Assembly (NCBI GenBank): GCA_036277915.1
Contig: DASUMA010000011.1
Coordinates: forward strand, 7,538 to 71,537
DNA from: Solirubrobacterales bacterium
GTDB lineage: Bacteria > Actinomycetota > Thermoleophilia > Solirubrobacterales > 70-9
Direction: 5' to 3'
DNA: 64,000 nucleotides
Position numbers and translations under genes: made by a program. Under the pieces are notes generated by a model. That model did no database searches and was not told the DNA's origin. It saw only the letters and a program-made list of their open reading frames with translations. The number at the start of each line of letters is the position of its first letter. Within the stretch, counting starts at the first letter, position 1. Positions 50,034 to 59,624 of the stretch are shown here, in pieces.

Positions 50034-50825
50034 ATGAGCCAGGGCAGCTACGAGAAGGTCGCTTACGAGGTCGTCGACGGCGTCGCCACGGTGACGCTGA
50101 ACGACCCCGAGAAGCGCAACATGCTCTCGGGGCAGATGCTCGCTGAGCTGGTCGACGCGGTCAAGCGGGTGCGCGATGACGAGGCGGCGCGGGCGCTGGT
50201 CCTTACCGGGGCAGGCGACAAGGCCTTCTGCGCGGGCGCCGACCTCGGCGGCTTCGCCGCGGACGTGCCGCTGATCCAGAAACACTTCGCCTCCGACCTC
50301 TTCCTCGAATTCTTCAGGCTGATGCCGCGCTTGGGCAAGCCCTCGCTCTGCGCCTTGAACGGGCACGTGCTGGCGGGGGGGATGGGGCTGGCGCTCTCCT
50401 GCGACCTGGTGATCGCCCGCGAGGGCGTCACCTTCGGCACCCCGGAGATCAACATCGGCGCCTTCCCCTACATGATCATGGCGATCATCTACCGCAACGT
50501 CCCGCGCAAGAAGGTCAACGAGATGATGCTGCTGGGCGAGCGGCTGACGGCGGAGGAGGCGGTCACGTACGGCCTCGCCAACAAGGTCGTTCCGGCGGCC
50601 GAGTTCGATGCTGCGGTCGCCGAGTGGGCCGGCAAGCTTGCCTCCAAGAGCCCGGTGCTGATGCGGATCGGCCACGACGCGATGTACCGCCAGCAGGACA
50701 TGGCTTTCGACGAGGCGCTCGAGTTCCTGCGCTCGCAGCTCTCGCTCACCTTCACCACCGAGGACATCGTCGAGGGGGTCACCGCCTTCTTCGAGAAACG
50801 TGATCCGCAATGGAAGGGACGCTGA
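50034..50825 (+). CDS. enoyl-CoA hydratase/isomerase family protein
   Basis: 263 aa containing FCAGADL and ALNGHVLAGGMGLALSCDLVIA. Confidence 0.92.
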   Translation: MSQGSYEKVAYEVVDGVATVTLNDPEKRNMLSGQMLAELVDAVKRVRDDEAARALVLTGAGDKAFCAGADLGGFAADVPLIQKHFASDLFLEFFRLMPRLGKPSLCALNGHVLAGGMGLALSCDLVIAREGVTFGTPEINIGAFPYMIMAIIYRNVPRKKVNEMMLLGERLTAEEAVTYGLANKVVPAAEFDAAVAEWAGKLASKSPVLMRIGHDAMYRQQDMAFDEALEFLRSQLSLTFTTEDIVEGVTAFFEKRDPQWKGR

Positions 50826-52432
50826 TGGCGGCAACCGAGGACCGACCGGAGACCGAGGACAAGCACCTGCTGCCGGGCACGGCGCCGCTGGCCGACCTGA
50901 CCGAGCAGATGCACGAGCGCCGCGCCAAGGCGCGCCTCGGCGGCGGCGAGGAGAAGATCGCCAAGCAGCACGAGCGCGGCAAGCTGACCGCGCGGGAGCG
51001 GCTCGACCTGCTGGTCGACGCCGGAACCTTCACCGAGCTCGGCGTGCACGGCCGCCCGCACTTCGCCCAGCGGGCGATGGACGGGGTCGAGGCGCCGGCA
51101 GACGGCGTCATCACCGGCTGGGGCGACATCGACGGCCGTCCCTGCTGCATCGCCGCCTACGACTTCACGGTGATGGCCGGCTCGATGGGGATGACCGGAG
51201 AGATCAAGGTCAGCCGCCTGCGCGAGATGGCGCTGGCCAAGCGCATGCCCTTCGTCTGGCTGCTCGACTCCGCCGGCGCCCGCATCCAGGAGGCGACCGG
51301 GTCGCTGTTCGCCGGCTCCGGGCAGCTGTTCCGCGAGGAGGTCGAAATGTCGGGGGTGATCCCGATGGTGGCGGCGATGATGGGCCCCTGCGCCGCCGGC
51401 ACCGCCTACATCCCGGCGCTCTCCGACTTTGTCCCGATGGTCTCCGGCCAGGGCGCGATGGCGCTGGCCGGCCCGCACCTGACCAAAGCCGTGACCGGCG
51501 AGGACATCTCGATGGAGGAGCTCGGCGGCGCCAAGGTCCACTGCCGCAAATCGGGCGTGGGGGACCTCGAGGTCAAAGACGACGAGGAGTGCATCGCCGC
51601 GATCAAGTCCTACCTCTCCTACTTCCCCGCCAACTGCGAGCAGAAGCCGCCGCTCGCCGAGAGCGCCGACCCGGCCGAGCGCATGTCGGAGAAGCTGATG
51701 GAGATCGTCCCCGAGTCCTCGCGCCAGCCGTACGACATGTACGACGTGATCGCCGAGATCGTCGACGACGGCGAGTACTTCGACCTGAAGCCGAAGTTCG
51801 CGAAAACCCTGATCACCTGCTTCGCTCGCTTCGGCGGCCAGCCGGTCGGGATCGTCGCCAACAACCCGAAGCACCTGGCGGGGATCCTCGACAACGACTC
51901 CGCCGACAAGGCGGCCCGCTTCATCAACCTCTGCGACGCCTTCAACATCCCCCTGGTCTTCCTCCAGGACGTTCCCGGCTTCATGGTCGGCTCGAAAGTC
52001 GAGCACGCGGGGATCATTCGCCACGGGGCGAAGATGCTGTACGCGGTCAGCCGCGCCACGGTGCCGAAGGTGACCGTGGTCGTGCGCAAGGCCTACGGCG
52101 CCGGCTACTACGTGATGTGCGGCAAGGCGTACGAGCCGGACCTGATCGTCGCCTGGCCGGGGGCGGAGATCTCGGTGATGGGCGCCGAGGGCGCGGTCAA
52201 CATCATCGGCCGCTCGGCGATCGAGGCCTCCGAGGATCCCGAGGCGACCCGGGAGGCGATGCTGAACGCGGTCCGCCAGCAGATCGATCCCTACATCGCC
52301 GCCGGCAACGCCGTGATCGACGACATCATCGACCCGCGCGAGACCCGGCCGACGATCGTCAAGGCGCTGCGAATGGCCCGCGACAAGCACGTCGAGAAGC
52401 CGAAGAAACGACATGGGGTGATGCCTGTATGA
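50825..52432 (+). CDS. acyl-CoA carboxylase carboxyltransferase (beta) subunit, MccB/PccB-like
   Basis: I prefer the ATG at 50825 (TGATG overlap with the crotonase stop). Carboxyltransferase N and C halves: DFTVMAGSMG and PKVTVVVRKAYGAGYYVM. Confidence 0.9.
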   Translation: MAATEDRPETEDKHLLPGTAPLADLTEQMHERRAKARLGGGEEKIAKQHERGKLTARERLDLLVDAGTFTELGVHGRPHFAQRAMDGVEAPADGVITGWGDIDGRPCCIAAYDFTVMAGSMGMTGEIKVSRLREMALAKRMPFVWLLDSAGARIQEATGSLFAGSGQLFREEVEMSGVIPMVAAMMGPCAAGTAYIPALSDFVPMVSGQGAMALAGPHLTKAVTGEDISMEELGGAKVHCRKSGVGDLEVKDDEECIAAIKSYLSYFPANCEQKPPLAESADPAERMSEKLMEIVPESSRQPYDMYDVIAEIVDDGEYFDLKPKFAKTLITCFARFGGQPVGIVANNPKHLAGILDNDSADKAARFINLCDAFNIPLVFLQDVPGFMVGSKVEHAGIIRHGAKMLYAVSRATVPKVTVVVRKAYGAGYYVMCGKAYEPDLIVAWPGAEISVMGAEGAVNIIGRSAIEASEDPEATREAMLNAVRQQIDPYIAAGNAVIDDIIDPRETRPTIVKALRMARDKHVEKPKKRHGVMPV

Positions 52433-53316
52433 GCCGTTTCGAGGACCCGGTAGTCATCAGCTGCTCGATCAGCGGGGTGATCGCCAACCGCGACCAGTGT
52501 CCCGCGATCCCCTACACGCCGGAGGAGTACGCGGCGGAGGCGCGCCGCGCGGTCGACGAGGGCGCCTCGCAGATTCACATCCACGCCCGCAAGCCCGACG
52601 GCACGCCCTCGTATGAGATCGAGGACTTCCAGGCGATCACCGAGGCGATCCTGGCCGAGGTCGGCGACGTGATCGTCAACTACTCGACCGGGGCGATCGG
52701 GATCTCGATCGAGAAGCGGCTCGAGTACCTGCGCGCCTGCCGCCCAGACGTCGCCGCGCTGAACATGAGCTCGATGAACTACGCGAAGTACTCGCGGCGG
52801 CGCAAGGACTTCGTCTTCAACACGGTCTTCGAGAACAGCTTCGACACGATCATCGAGTTCCTCAAAGAGATGCGGGAGCTCGGGATCAAGCCCGAGCACG
52901 AGTGCTTCGACTCCGGCCACGTCGCCAACCTCGACCCGCTGATCGACATGGGCCTGCTGGAGCCGCCCCTGCAGATCTCCCTGGTGATGGGGGTGACCGG
53001 CGGCATCCGGCCGACCCCGCGCAACGTCACCTTGATGTCGGACCAGATCCCGGGCGGACCCGAGGGCGAGAACCAGTGGCAGGTGATCGGGATCTCCCGC
53101 GACCAGTGGAAGCTGCTCGCCGCCTCGCTGGTGCTCGGCGGCAACGTCCGCGCCGGGGTCGAGGACAACCTCTACCTGCCGAACGGCGAGATGGCGAAGT
53201 CGAACGGCGAGCTGATCGCGAAGGCACGCCAGATGGCCGAGGACATCGGCCGCCGCGCCGCCAGCGTGGCCGAGGCGCGCGAGCTGCTGGGCGTGCCCAG
53301 ACGAGCCAGGGCGTAG
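52429..53316 (+). CDS. BKACE-family (beta-keto acid cleavage enzyme, DUF849) protein
   Basis: 295 aa from the ATG at 52429 (ATGA overlap). Contains VVISCSISGV...PYTPEEYAAEARRAVDEGASQIHIHARKPDGTPS. Confidence 0.85.
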   Translation: MSRFEDPVVISCSISGVIANRDQCPAIPYTPEEYAAEARRAVDEGASQIHIHARKPDGTPSYEIEDFQAITEAILAEVGDVIVNYSTGAIGISIEKRLEYLRACRPDVAALNMSSMNYAKYSRRRKDFVFNTVFENSFDTIIEFLKEMRELGIKPEHECFDSGHVANLDPLIDMGLLEPPLQISLVMGVTGGIRPTPRNVTLMSDQIPGGPEGENQWQVIGISRDQWKLLAASLVLGGNVRAGVEDNLYLPNGEMAKSNGELIAKARQMAEDIGRRAASVAEARELLGVPRRARA

Positions 53317-53319
53317 GCC

Positions 53320-53739
53320 GTGGAGACGACGATCCACCGCGCCGGCGTCTCCTGGAGCGGCGGCGAGGGCGACGACGTCCAGGCCCACGACGTCCTGCTC
53401 GGCGGTCAGACGCTGCCCAGCTCCTCGGCGCTGGAGCTCGGCGGCAACGACTTCAAGTCGAACCCGGAGACGCTCCTGGTTGGCGCCCTCTCCAGCTGCC
53501 ACATGCTGTGGTTCCTGGCGCTGGCGCGGAAAAAAGGCTTCGAGGTCGCCTCCTACGAAGACGACGCCGACGGTGTGCTCGAGGGCAAGCGCTTCAGCGC
53601 CGCGACGCTGCGCCCACGGGTGCGTTGGGCCGGCGAGCCCCCCGCCCCCGAGGCGATCGAAGCCCTGCACCAGCGCTCGCACCAGCTCTGCTTCATCGCC
53701 AACTCGGTCGATTTCCCGGTCGCGGTGGAGCCCCAGTGA
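53320..53739 (+). CDS. OsmC/Ohr-family protein
   Basis: 139 aa with GTG start. Contains the conserved Cys context GALSSCHMLWF and a second Cys in SHQLCFIANS. Confidence 0.75.
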   Translation: METTIHRAGVSWSGGEGDDVQAHDVLLGGQTLPSSSALELGGNDFKSNPETLLVGALSSCHMLWFLALARKKGFEVASYEDDADGVLEGKRFSAATLRPRVRWAGEPPAPEAIEALHQRSHQLCFIANSVDFPVAVEPQ

Positions 53740-54977
53740 GCGGCTCGCTCCCGCTCGCCGACGTCAAGGTCCTCGACCTCACCCGCCTGCTGCCCGGCGG
53801 CTTCTGCTCGCTTCTGCTCGCCGACCTCGGAGCCGAGGTGCTGAAGGTCGAGGACACCGGGATGGGCGACTACGTCCGCTGGGCGCCGCCCTACTACGGC
53901 GGCGAGGAGCAGCAGGCGCTGGGCACGCGATCGGCCCTTTACCTCTCGCTCAACCGCGGCAAGCGCTCGGTCCGGCTCGACCTCAAGTCCGACGCCGGCC
54001 GCGAGGCGCTGCTGCGGCTCGTCGCTTCCTACGACGTCGTCCTCGACGGCTTCCGTCCTGGCGTGCTCGACCGGCTCGGGGTCGGCTACGAGCGCATGCG
54101 CGAGGCCAACCCGGCGGTCGTCTACTGCGCGATCACCGGCTACGGCCAGGACGGCCCCTACACGCAGCGCGCCGGCCACGACATGAACTACCTCGGCCTG
54201 ATCGGCCTGCTCGGCCTGACCGGGGCCAAGGACGGGCCGCCGGTGCAGTCGGCGGGGCAGATCGCCGACATCGGCGGCGGCGCCCTGATCGCCGCTTTCG
54301 GGGTGCTGGCGGCGCTGCACGAGCGGCGCCGCTCCGGCGAGGGGCAGATGGTCGACGTCTCGATGGCCGACGGCGCCCTCTCCTGGCTGGCGATGGTCGC
54401 CGGCCGCTACTTCTGCGACGGCGAGGTGCCGCGGCGGGGAGAGCAGCAGTTGGCCGGCGGTCTGGTCTGTTACATGCCCTATGAGGCCGCCGATGGCTGG
54501 GTCACTTGCGGCGCGCTGGAGCCGAAGTTCTGGGCCGCCTTCTGCAACGGGGTCGAGCGCCCGGACCTGGTCGAGGCCCAGTTCGAGGCGCCGGCCTCGG
54601 AGGCTTGGACGCAGGTCGCCGCGGTCTTCCGCTCGCGCAGCCGGGCGGAGTGGCAGGCCTTCAACGACGAGCACGACTGCTGCATCGAGCCGGTGCTCGA
54701 CCTCGACGAAGCGCTCGACTCCGAGCTTGTGCGGGCGCGCGAGATGGTGGTCGAGCTGGAGCAGCCGGAGCTCGGGACCGTGCGCCAGCTCGGCAATCCG
54801 GTGAAGCTGAGCCGCACCCCCGCCGACCCGACCCGGCCCGCGCCCGGTTTCGGCGAACACACCCGCGAGGTCCTGCGCGAGGCCGGCTACGGCGAGGAGG
54901 AGATCGAGGCGATGCTGGCCTCGGGCGCCGCCGCCGAGCTGGACGCCGAAGCCGAGAAGCCGGAGTTCATGGCGTGA
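53736..54977 (+). CDS. family III CoA-transferase (CaiB/BaiF)
   Basis: 413 aa from the GTG at 53736 (GTGA overlap). Contains LADVKVLDLTRLLPGGFCSLLLADLGAEVLKVE. Confidence 0.9.
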   Translation: MSGSLPLADVKVLDLTRLLPGGFCSLLLADLGAEVLKVEDTGMGDYVRWAPPYYGGEEQQALGTRSALYLSLNRGKRSVRLDLKSDAGREALLRLVASYDVVLDGFRPGVLDRLGVGYERMREANPAVVYCAITGYGQDGPYTQRAGHDMNYLGLIGLLGLTGAKDGPPVQSAGQIADIGGGALIAAFGVLAALHERRRSGEGQMVDVSMADGALSWLAMVAGRYFCDGEVPRRGEQQLAGGLVCYMPYEAADGWVTCGALEPKFWAAFCNGVERPDLVEAQFEAPASEAWTQVAAVFRSRSRAEWQAFNDEHDCCIEPVLDLDEALDSELVRAREMVVELEQPELGTVRQLGNPVKLSRTPADPTRPAPGFGEHTREVLREAGYGEEEIEAMLASGAAAELDAEAEKPEFMA

Positions 54978-55684
54978 GCACCGAGGCGACCGAGAGCACC
55001 GAGCTGCTGCGGGTGGGCGAGCTGGCCGAGGCATCCGGCGTGCCGGTGCCGACGATCAAGCACTACCTGCGCGAGGGCCTGCTGCCGGAGCCGGTCAAGA
55101 CCAGCCGCAACATGGCCTACTACCCGCCCGAGTTCGTCGAGCGGATCCGCCTGATCAAGCGCCTGCAAGAGGAGCGCTACATGCCGCTGAAGGCGATCCG
55201 CAAGGTGCTGGAGGAGGACCCGGCGCGGGCCAGCGCGATGCTCGAGCTGGAGGACCAGATCCTCGACCGCGCCCTCGCCGGCGAGCGCTCCCGGACCAGC
55301 GCCGCCGAGGTGCGCAAGCGCTACGGCGTTCCCGGCGAGGTGCTCGACCGGCTCGAGGAGATCGAGGTGCTGACGCCGAACAGCCGCGGCTACTCGCCCT
55401 CCGACGTGACGATCATCGAGGCGATCAGTCGCTTCCGCGCCGGCGGCTACGACGAGGAGATCGGGTTCACCGTCTACGACACCCTGCGCTACAAGAAGGC
55501 GCTGGAAGAGCTGGTCCGCCAGGAGGTCGAGGTGGTGATGGACCGGCTCGCCGGCGAGGTGGCGCCCGAGACCGTGGTGGAGATGCTGGAAGCCGGGTCG
55601 CAGCCGCTGAAGGATCTGATCGCGGCGCTGCACACGAAGCTGATGGTGGCCGAGCTCGAGCGCCACCGCTCGGGACGCGGCTAG
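54974..55684 (+). CDS. MerR-family transcriptional regulator (LiuR-like context)
   Basis: 236 aa from the GTG at 54974 (GTGA overlap). HTH LRVGELAEASGVPVPTIKHYLREGLL. Confidence 0.85.
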   Translation: MSTEATESTELLRVGELAEASGVPVPTIKHYLREGLLPEPVKTSRNMAYYPPEFVERIRLIKRLQEERYMPLKAIRKVLEEDPARASAMLELEDQILDRALAGERSRTSAAEVRKRYGVPGEVLDRLEEIEVLTPNSRGYSPSDVTIIEAISRFRAGGYDEEIGFTVYDTLRYKKALEELVRQEVEVVMDRLAGEVAPETVVEMLEAGSQPLKDLIAALHTKLMVAELERHRSGRG

Positions 55685-55693
55685 CGCCGCCGG

Positions 55694-58600
55694 CTAGGCG
55701 CGGCTCGCGGCGAGCGCGTCGCGCTCGGCTTCGATGTCGGCGAGGAGGCTGAGCGCTCCGGTCTCCCGTGCCACCTCGGCGCCCTCGTCGAAGGCCGCTA
55801 GCGCCTCCTCGTGCAGGCCCGCCTCGACCTGCGCCCGTCCCAGCGCCAGCAGCGCCAGCGGCAGGCTCCAGTGCAGGCCGCGCCGGCGGGCCGTCTCGGC
55901 GGCCCACTGGCCCAGCTCGATCGCCTCGGCCGTGCGGCCGGCCCCGCGCAAGGCCTGGGCACGCAGGCCGCCCCGCCAGGCCTCCATCTCGCCGCCGGTC
56001 CCCATCGCCTCGCCGTAGATTCGTTCCGCCTCCTCCATCGAGTCCAGCGCGGCCTCGTATTCCTCCGCCGCCAGTTGCGCCCAGGCGAGGTTGGCGATCG
56101 CCAGGCTGCGGGAGAAGACGTCGCCGAGGCGGTCGGTCAGCTCGCAGTTGCGGCGGGCGATCGCCAGCGCCCCCTCGATGTCGCCGCGAATCGCCAGCAG
56201 CCCCGCCTGGTTGCTGCGGATCCAGCTCGCGGTCTCCGGGTCGTCCTGCTCGAGGGCCACCCTCAGCGAGGCGTCCAGCAGCTCTTCGGCCTCCTCCAGC
56301 TGCCCGCGCTCGCGTCGCACCATGCCTTTGCCCATCAGTGCCCAGGCGTGGGGGCTGCCGAGAACGATGTTGGCGCCGACCGCCGGATCGCCCTCGGTCA
56401 GCTCCAGCATCTCGTCGAGCGCGCGCTCGAAGCCGTCGAAGTCGCCGGCGCAGAGGTAGGCGTAGGCGCCGGCGCCGCGGATCGCGACCCGCAGGTTGCG
56501 GTCGCCGGATTCGTCAGCCAGCCGGTTCGCGTCGGCGGCGTCGGACAGCCACTGATCCATGTGCTCGTGCACGCCGGGTCGCACCGAGACGGCGACCCGC
56601 AGCAGCGCCAGCGAGGAGATATCGCCGCGTCGCGTCGCGATCTCCTCCACCTCAGAGGCCAGCCGATCCCGCTCCTCGGCCTCCATCCCCACCCGCCAGG
56701 CGTACTGCAGCTGCAGCAGACGCGAGTTGACGGCGAGGGCGGCGGTCTCGTCGCTCTCCTCCAGCTCTGTGGCCAGCTCCATCACCTGGCGCCAGAGGCG
56801 CAGCGACTCGGCCGGCCGGCTGTGGCCGGTCCAGTGCGCGGCCCGCGCCGTCCAGCGCGCCGCCTCCAGACCCTCGTCGCCTTCTTCGAAGTGGTGCGCG
56901 ACCAGGGCCGAGAGCTCGTCGTGGCGGTCCGGGGGGTTGACCTCGATCAGGGCCCGCGCCGCGGCCGCGTGGGTCGCCGTGCGCTGGTCCGCCAGCTGGG
57001 TCCCGTAGGCGACCTCGCGGGTCAGCGGGTGACGGAAAGCCAGCACCCGCTGCGGGTACATCTCCGCTTCGTAGAGGAAGCCGGCGTCGACCAGCTCGCA
57101 GAGGACGCGGTCGATCTCCTCCGGCTCGAGCCCCGCCGCCAGTCCCAGCGCCCGGCCGCTGAACTCCTTGCCGACGACCGAGGCGACTTGGACCAGCTGC
57201 TTCGCGCTCGGGCTGAGCCGGTCGATGCGGGCGGCGAGGACCGCCTGTACGGTGACCGGGACGCCGGCGTCCTCGACTGGGCGCGCCAGTCGGTAGGCCC
57301 CGTGCTGGCCCTCGAGGTGCCCGGACTCGGCCAGCTCGCGGACGATCTCCTCGATGAAGAAGGGGTTGCCCTGGGTGCGCTCGTGGATCGGCTCGTCGAG
57401 CCCGTCCAGCGAGGGGTCCTCGCCGGCGAGGTCGCGCAGCAGCTCCCCGGTATCGGCCCGGGTCAGCGGTTGCGGAGCGATCGCCTGGAAGGCGGGGGAG
57501 TCCTGCCAGGGTGGGGCGAACTCGGGCCGGTAGTTGACCACGACCAGGGTGTTCGCCCCTTCGATCGACCCGATCGATTCGATCAGCTCGGTCAGCATCG
57601 TCTTGCTGCCCTCATCGACCCAGTGCAGGTCCTCGACGAGGAGGACCAGGGTCTTGCGCCGACTGGGGTTGCTGACGAGCCGGCAGACGATCTCGCCGAG
57701 CGCGCGCTGGCGGCCCTCGGGGCTCATCTGCGGCACCGGCCGCTCGGGATCGGGGACGCCGAGGAAGTCGAACATCAGCGGCAGCTGCTCGGCGAACCCG
57801 GGGTCGAGCAGCAATGCCCGACCAGCGATTTTCTCGCGCGCCGCCTGCTCGGGTTCGCGCTCGCCGATCCCGAAGAAGGACCGCAGCATCTGCAGGACCG
57901 GCATGAAGGGGATCGAGGTGCCGTGGGCCTGCGCCTGCGCCTCGAAGACCTCGACGCCGTCGTCGCGGCAGTGCGCGACGAACTCGTAACAGAGGCGGCT
58001 CTTGCCGATTCCCGGTTCGGCGACGATCCCGACCGCGCCGCCACCGCCGTCCTTCGCGACCTGCAGTGCGCCCTTCAGCACCGCCATCTCCTCGTCCCGT
58101 CCGACGAACCGCGAGAGCCCCCGCTCGGCGGCCAGGTCGAGGCGGGAGCGAGCGCTGCCGACCCCGGCCAGCTCGAAGACCGTGACCGGCTCGCTCGACC
58201 CCTTGATCTCGAAGGCGCCGAGGTCAGTCAGGTCGAGGAAGCCGTGGGCGAGCTCGGCGGTGTGCTCGGTGACGTAGGCCTTGCCGGGCTCGGCCAGTGC
58301 CTCCATCCGTTGCGCCAGCCCGACCGTGTGGCCGATCGCGGTGTAGGCGCCGTCGCCATCGCCGATCGCCCCGGCCACGACCTCGCCGGAGTTGATCCCG
58401 ATCCGGGTCGAGAAGTTGAGCCCCTGGCCGCGGCGCAGCTCGGCCGCGTACCCGGAGACGTCGTCGAGCATCTGCAGGGCGGCGTAACAGGCGCGCTGCG
58501 CGTGGTCCTCGTAGGCGACCGGCGCCCCGAAGATCGCCATGATCCCGTCGCCGGTGAACTTGTCGACGGTGCCGCCGAAGCGGGTCACCGACTCGGTCAA

Positions 58601-58738
58601 GAGCGCGAAGAAGCGCTGCATGATCTTGCGCCACTCCTCCGGGTCCTGCTGCTCGGCCAGGTCCATCGAGCCGCTCACGTCGGCGAACAGCACCGTCACC
58701 TGCTTGCGCTCAGCGTCGTCCCTGGTGGAGTCGATCAC
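55694..58738 (-). CDS. class III adenylate/guanylate cyclase fused to AAA/STAND ATPase and TPR repeats
   Basis: 1014 aa. Cyclase motifs VTVLFADVSGS, FTGDGIMAIFGAP and RIGINSGEVVAG. P-loop AEPGIGKSRL. The long C-terminus is TPR-like helical repeats. No C-terminal HTH. Confidence 0.9.
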   Translation of the reverse strand: MIDSTRDDAERKQVTVLFADVSGSMDLAEQQDPEEWRKIMQRFFALLTESVTRFGGTVDKFTGDGIMAIFGAPVAYEDHAQRACYAALQMLDDVSGYAAELRRGQGLNFSTRIGINSGEVVAGAIGDGDGAYTAIGHTVGLAQRMEALAEPGKAYVTEHTAELAHGFLDLTDLGAFEIKGSSEPVTVFELAGVGSARSRLDLAAERGLSRFVGRDEEMAVLKGALQVAKDGGGGAVGIVAEPGIGKSRLCYEFVAHCRDDGVEVFEAQAQAHGTSIPFMPVLQMLRSFFGIGEREPEQAAREKIAGRALLLDPGFAEQLPLMFDFLGVPDPERPVPQMSPEGRQRALGEIVCRLVSNPSRRKTLVLLVEDLHWVDEGSKTMLTELIESIGSIEGANTLVVVNYRPEFAPPWQDSPAFQAIAPQPLTRADTGELLRDLAGEDPSLDGLDEPIHERTQGNPFFIEEIVRELAESGHLEGQHGAYRLARPVEDAGVPVTVQAVLAARIDRLSPSAKQLVQVASVVGKEFSGRALGLAAGLEPEEIDRVLCELVDAGFLYEAEMYPQRVLAFRHPLTREVAYGTQLADQRTATHAAAARALIEVNPPDRHDELSALVAHHFEEGDEGLEAARWTARAAHWTGHSRPAESLRLWRQVMELATELEESDETAALAVNSRLLQLQYAWRVGMEAEERDRLASEVEEIATRRGDISSLALLRVAVSVRPGVHEHMDQWLSDAADANRLADESGDRNLRVAIRGAGAYAYLCAGDFDGFERALDEMLELTEGDPAVGANIVLGSPHAWALMGKGMVRRERGQLEEAEELLDASLRVALEQDDPETASWIRSNQAGLLAIRGDIEGALAIARRNCELTDRLGDVFSRSLAIANLAWAQLAAEEYEAALDSMEEAERIYGEAMGTGGEMEAWRGGLRAQALRGAGRTAEAIELGQWAAETARRRGLHWSLPLALLALGRAQVEAGLHEEALAAFDEGAEVARETGALSLLADIEAERDALAASRA

Positions 58739-58774
58739 GTCTGACGAAGGTTACGCCCCATGTAGCCTGGGCCC

Positions 58775-59611
58775 GTGCGCTCGGTCCTCGTCACTGGAGC
58801 ATCCACCGGCATCGGGCGGGCGACGGCGCTGCGCCTCGACGCCGCCGGGTGGCGCGTCTTCGCCGGCGTGCGCAAGGCGGAGGACGCCGAGTCGCTGCGC
58901 GCCGAGGCCTCCGAGCGGCTGCAGCCGCTCTTCATCGACGTCACGGATTCCGAGCAGATCGCTGCCGCGGCCGAGCGGATCGAGGCCGAGGCGGGGGAGG
59001 GGCTGGGCGGCCTCGTCAACAACGCCGGCCTCGCCGTCCCCAGCCCCCTGGAGACGATCCCGGTCGAGGACTTCCGCCATCAGATCGAGGTCAACCTGAC
59101 CGGCCAGGTCGCGGTCACCCAGGCGCTGCTTCCCTCGCTGCGCAAAGGCAGCGGCCGGATCGTCTTCATCAGCTCGATCGGCGGCCGCATCGCCTTCCCG
59201 ATGACCGGCGCCTACCACGCGGCGAAGTTCGGGATCGAGGCGGTGGGGGACGTCTTCCGCCAGGAGCTGCGCTCCTGGGACATCCCGGTCGCGATCGTCG
59301 AGCCGGGCTCGATCGACACCCCGATCTGGGAGCGCGGGGAGCGCACCGCCGATGAGATCGGCGGCCGCTCGCCGCAGCGCGAAGCCCTCTACGGCCGCGC
59401 GATCGAGCGCTACCGCGAGGTCGTACGCCAGACCGCCGAGCGGGGAATCCCGCCCGAGAAGGTCGCCCGCGCGATCGAGCACGCCCTCACCGCCAAGCGC
59501 CCCCGCACCCGCTACCTGGTCGGCCTCGACGCCAAGGTCCAGGCGCGGGTCAAACCCCTGATCCCAACCCGCGTCTTCGACCGCATCGTCGCCCGGGTAA
59601 TGGGCCTGTAG
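58775..59611 (+). CDS. SDR-family oxidoreductase
   Basis: 278 aa with GTG start. Contains VLVTGASTGIGRATALRL, NNAG and YHAAKFG. Confidence 0.9.
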   Translation: MRSVLVTGASTGIGRATALRLDAAGWRVFAGVRKAEDAESLRAEASERLQPLFIDVTDSEQIAAAAERIEAEAGEGLGGLVNNAGLAVPSPLETIPVEDFRHQIEVNLTGQVAVTQALLPSLRKGSGRIVFISSIGGRIAFPMTGAYHAAKFGIEAVGDVFRQELRSWDIPVAIVEPGSIDTPIWERGERTADEIGGRSPQREALYGRAIERYREVVRQTAERGIPPEKVARAIEHALTAKRPRTRYLVGLDAKVQARVKPLIPTRVFDRIVARVMGL

Positions 59612-59624
59612 GACCCCGAACCGC

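Noticed and set aside
50800-53316. An 838-aa ORF spanning the carboxyltransferase and BKACE genes.
   Set aside because: Its N-terminal 540 aa or so are out-of-frame junk over the carboxyltransferase. The BKACE sequence starts at the ATG at 52429. The same reasoning applies to 52902-54977 (true CoA-transferase start 53736) and 54506-55684 (true MerR start 54974).
55811-58744. A 977-aa ORF on the plus strand opposite the cyclase-ATPase-TPR gene. Similar giants lie at 59661-62864 (+), 11341-13656 (-), 1811-3481 (-), 5082-6647 (-), 19377-21119 (-), 48035-49984 (+) and 50489-52414 (-).
   Set aside because: The translations are low-complexity and rich in Arg, Gly, Pro, Ala and Asp, with no motifs. 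Each lies antisense to a gene with clear family signatures and the expected GC3 bias. This is the typical stop-codon-poor artefact of 70% GC DNA.
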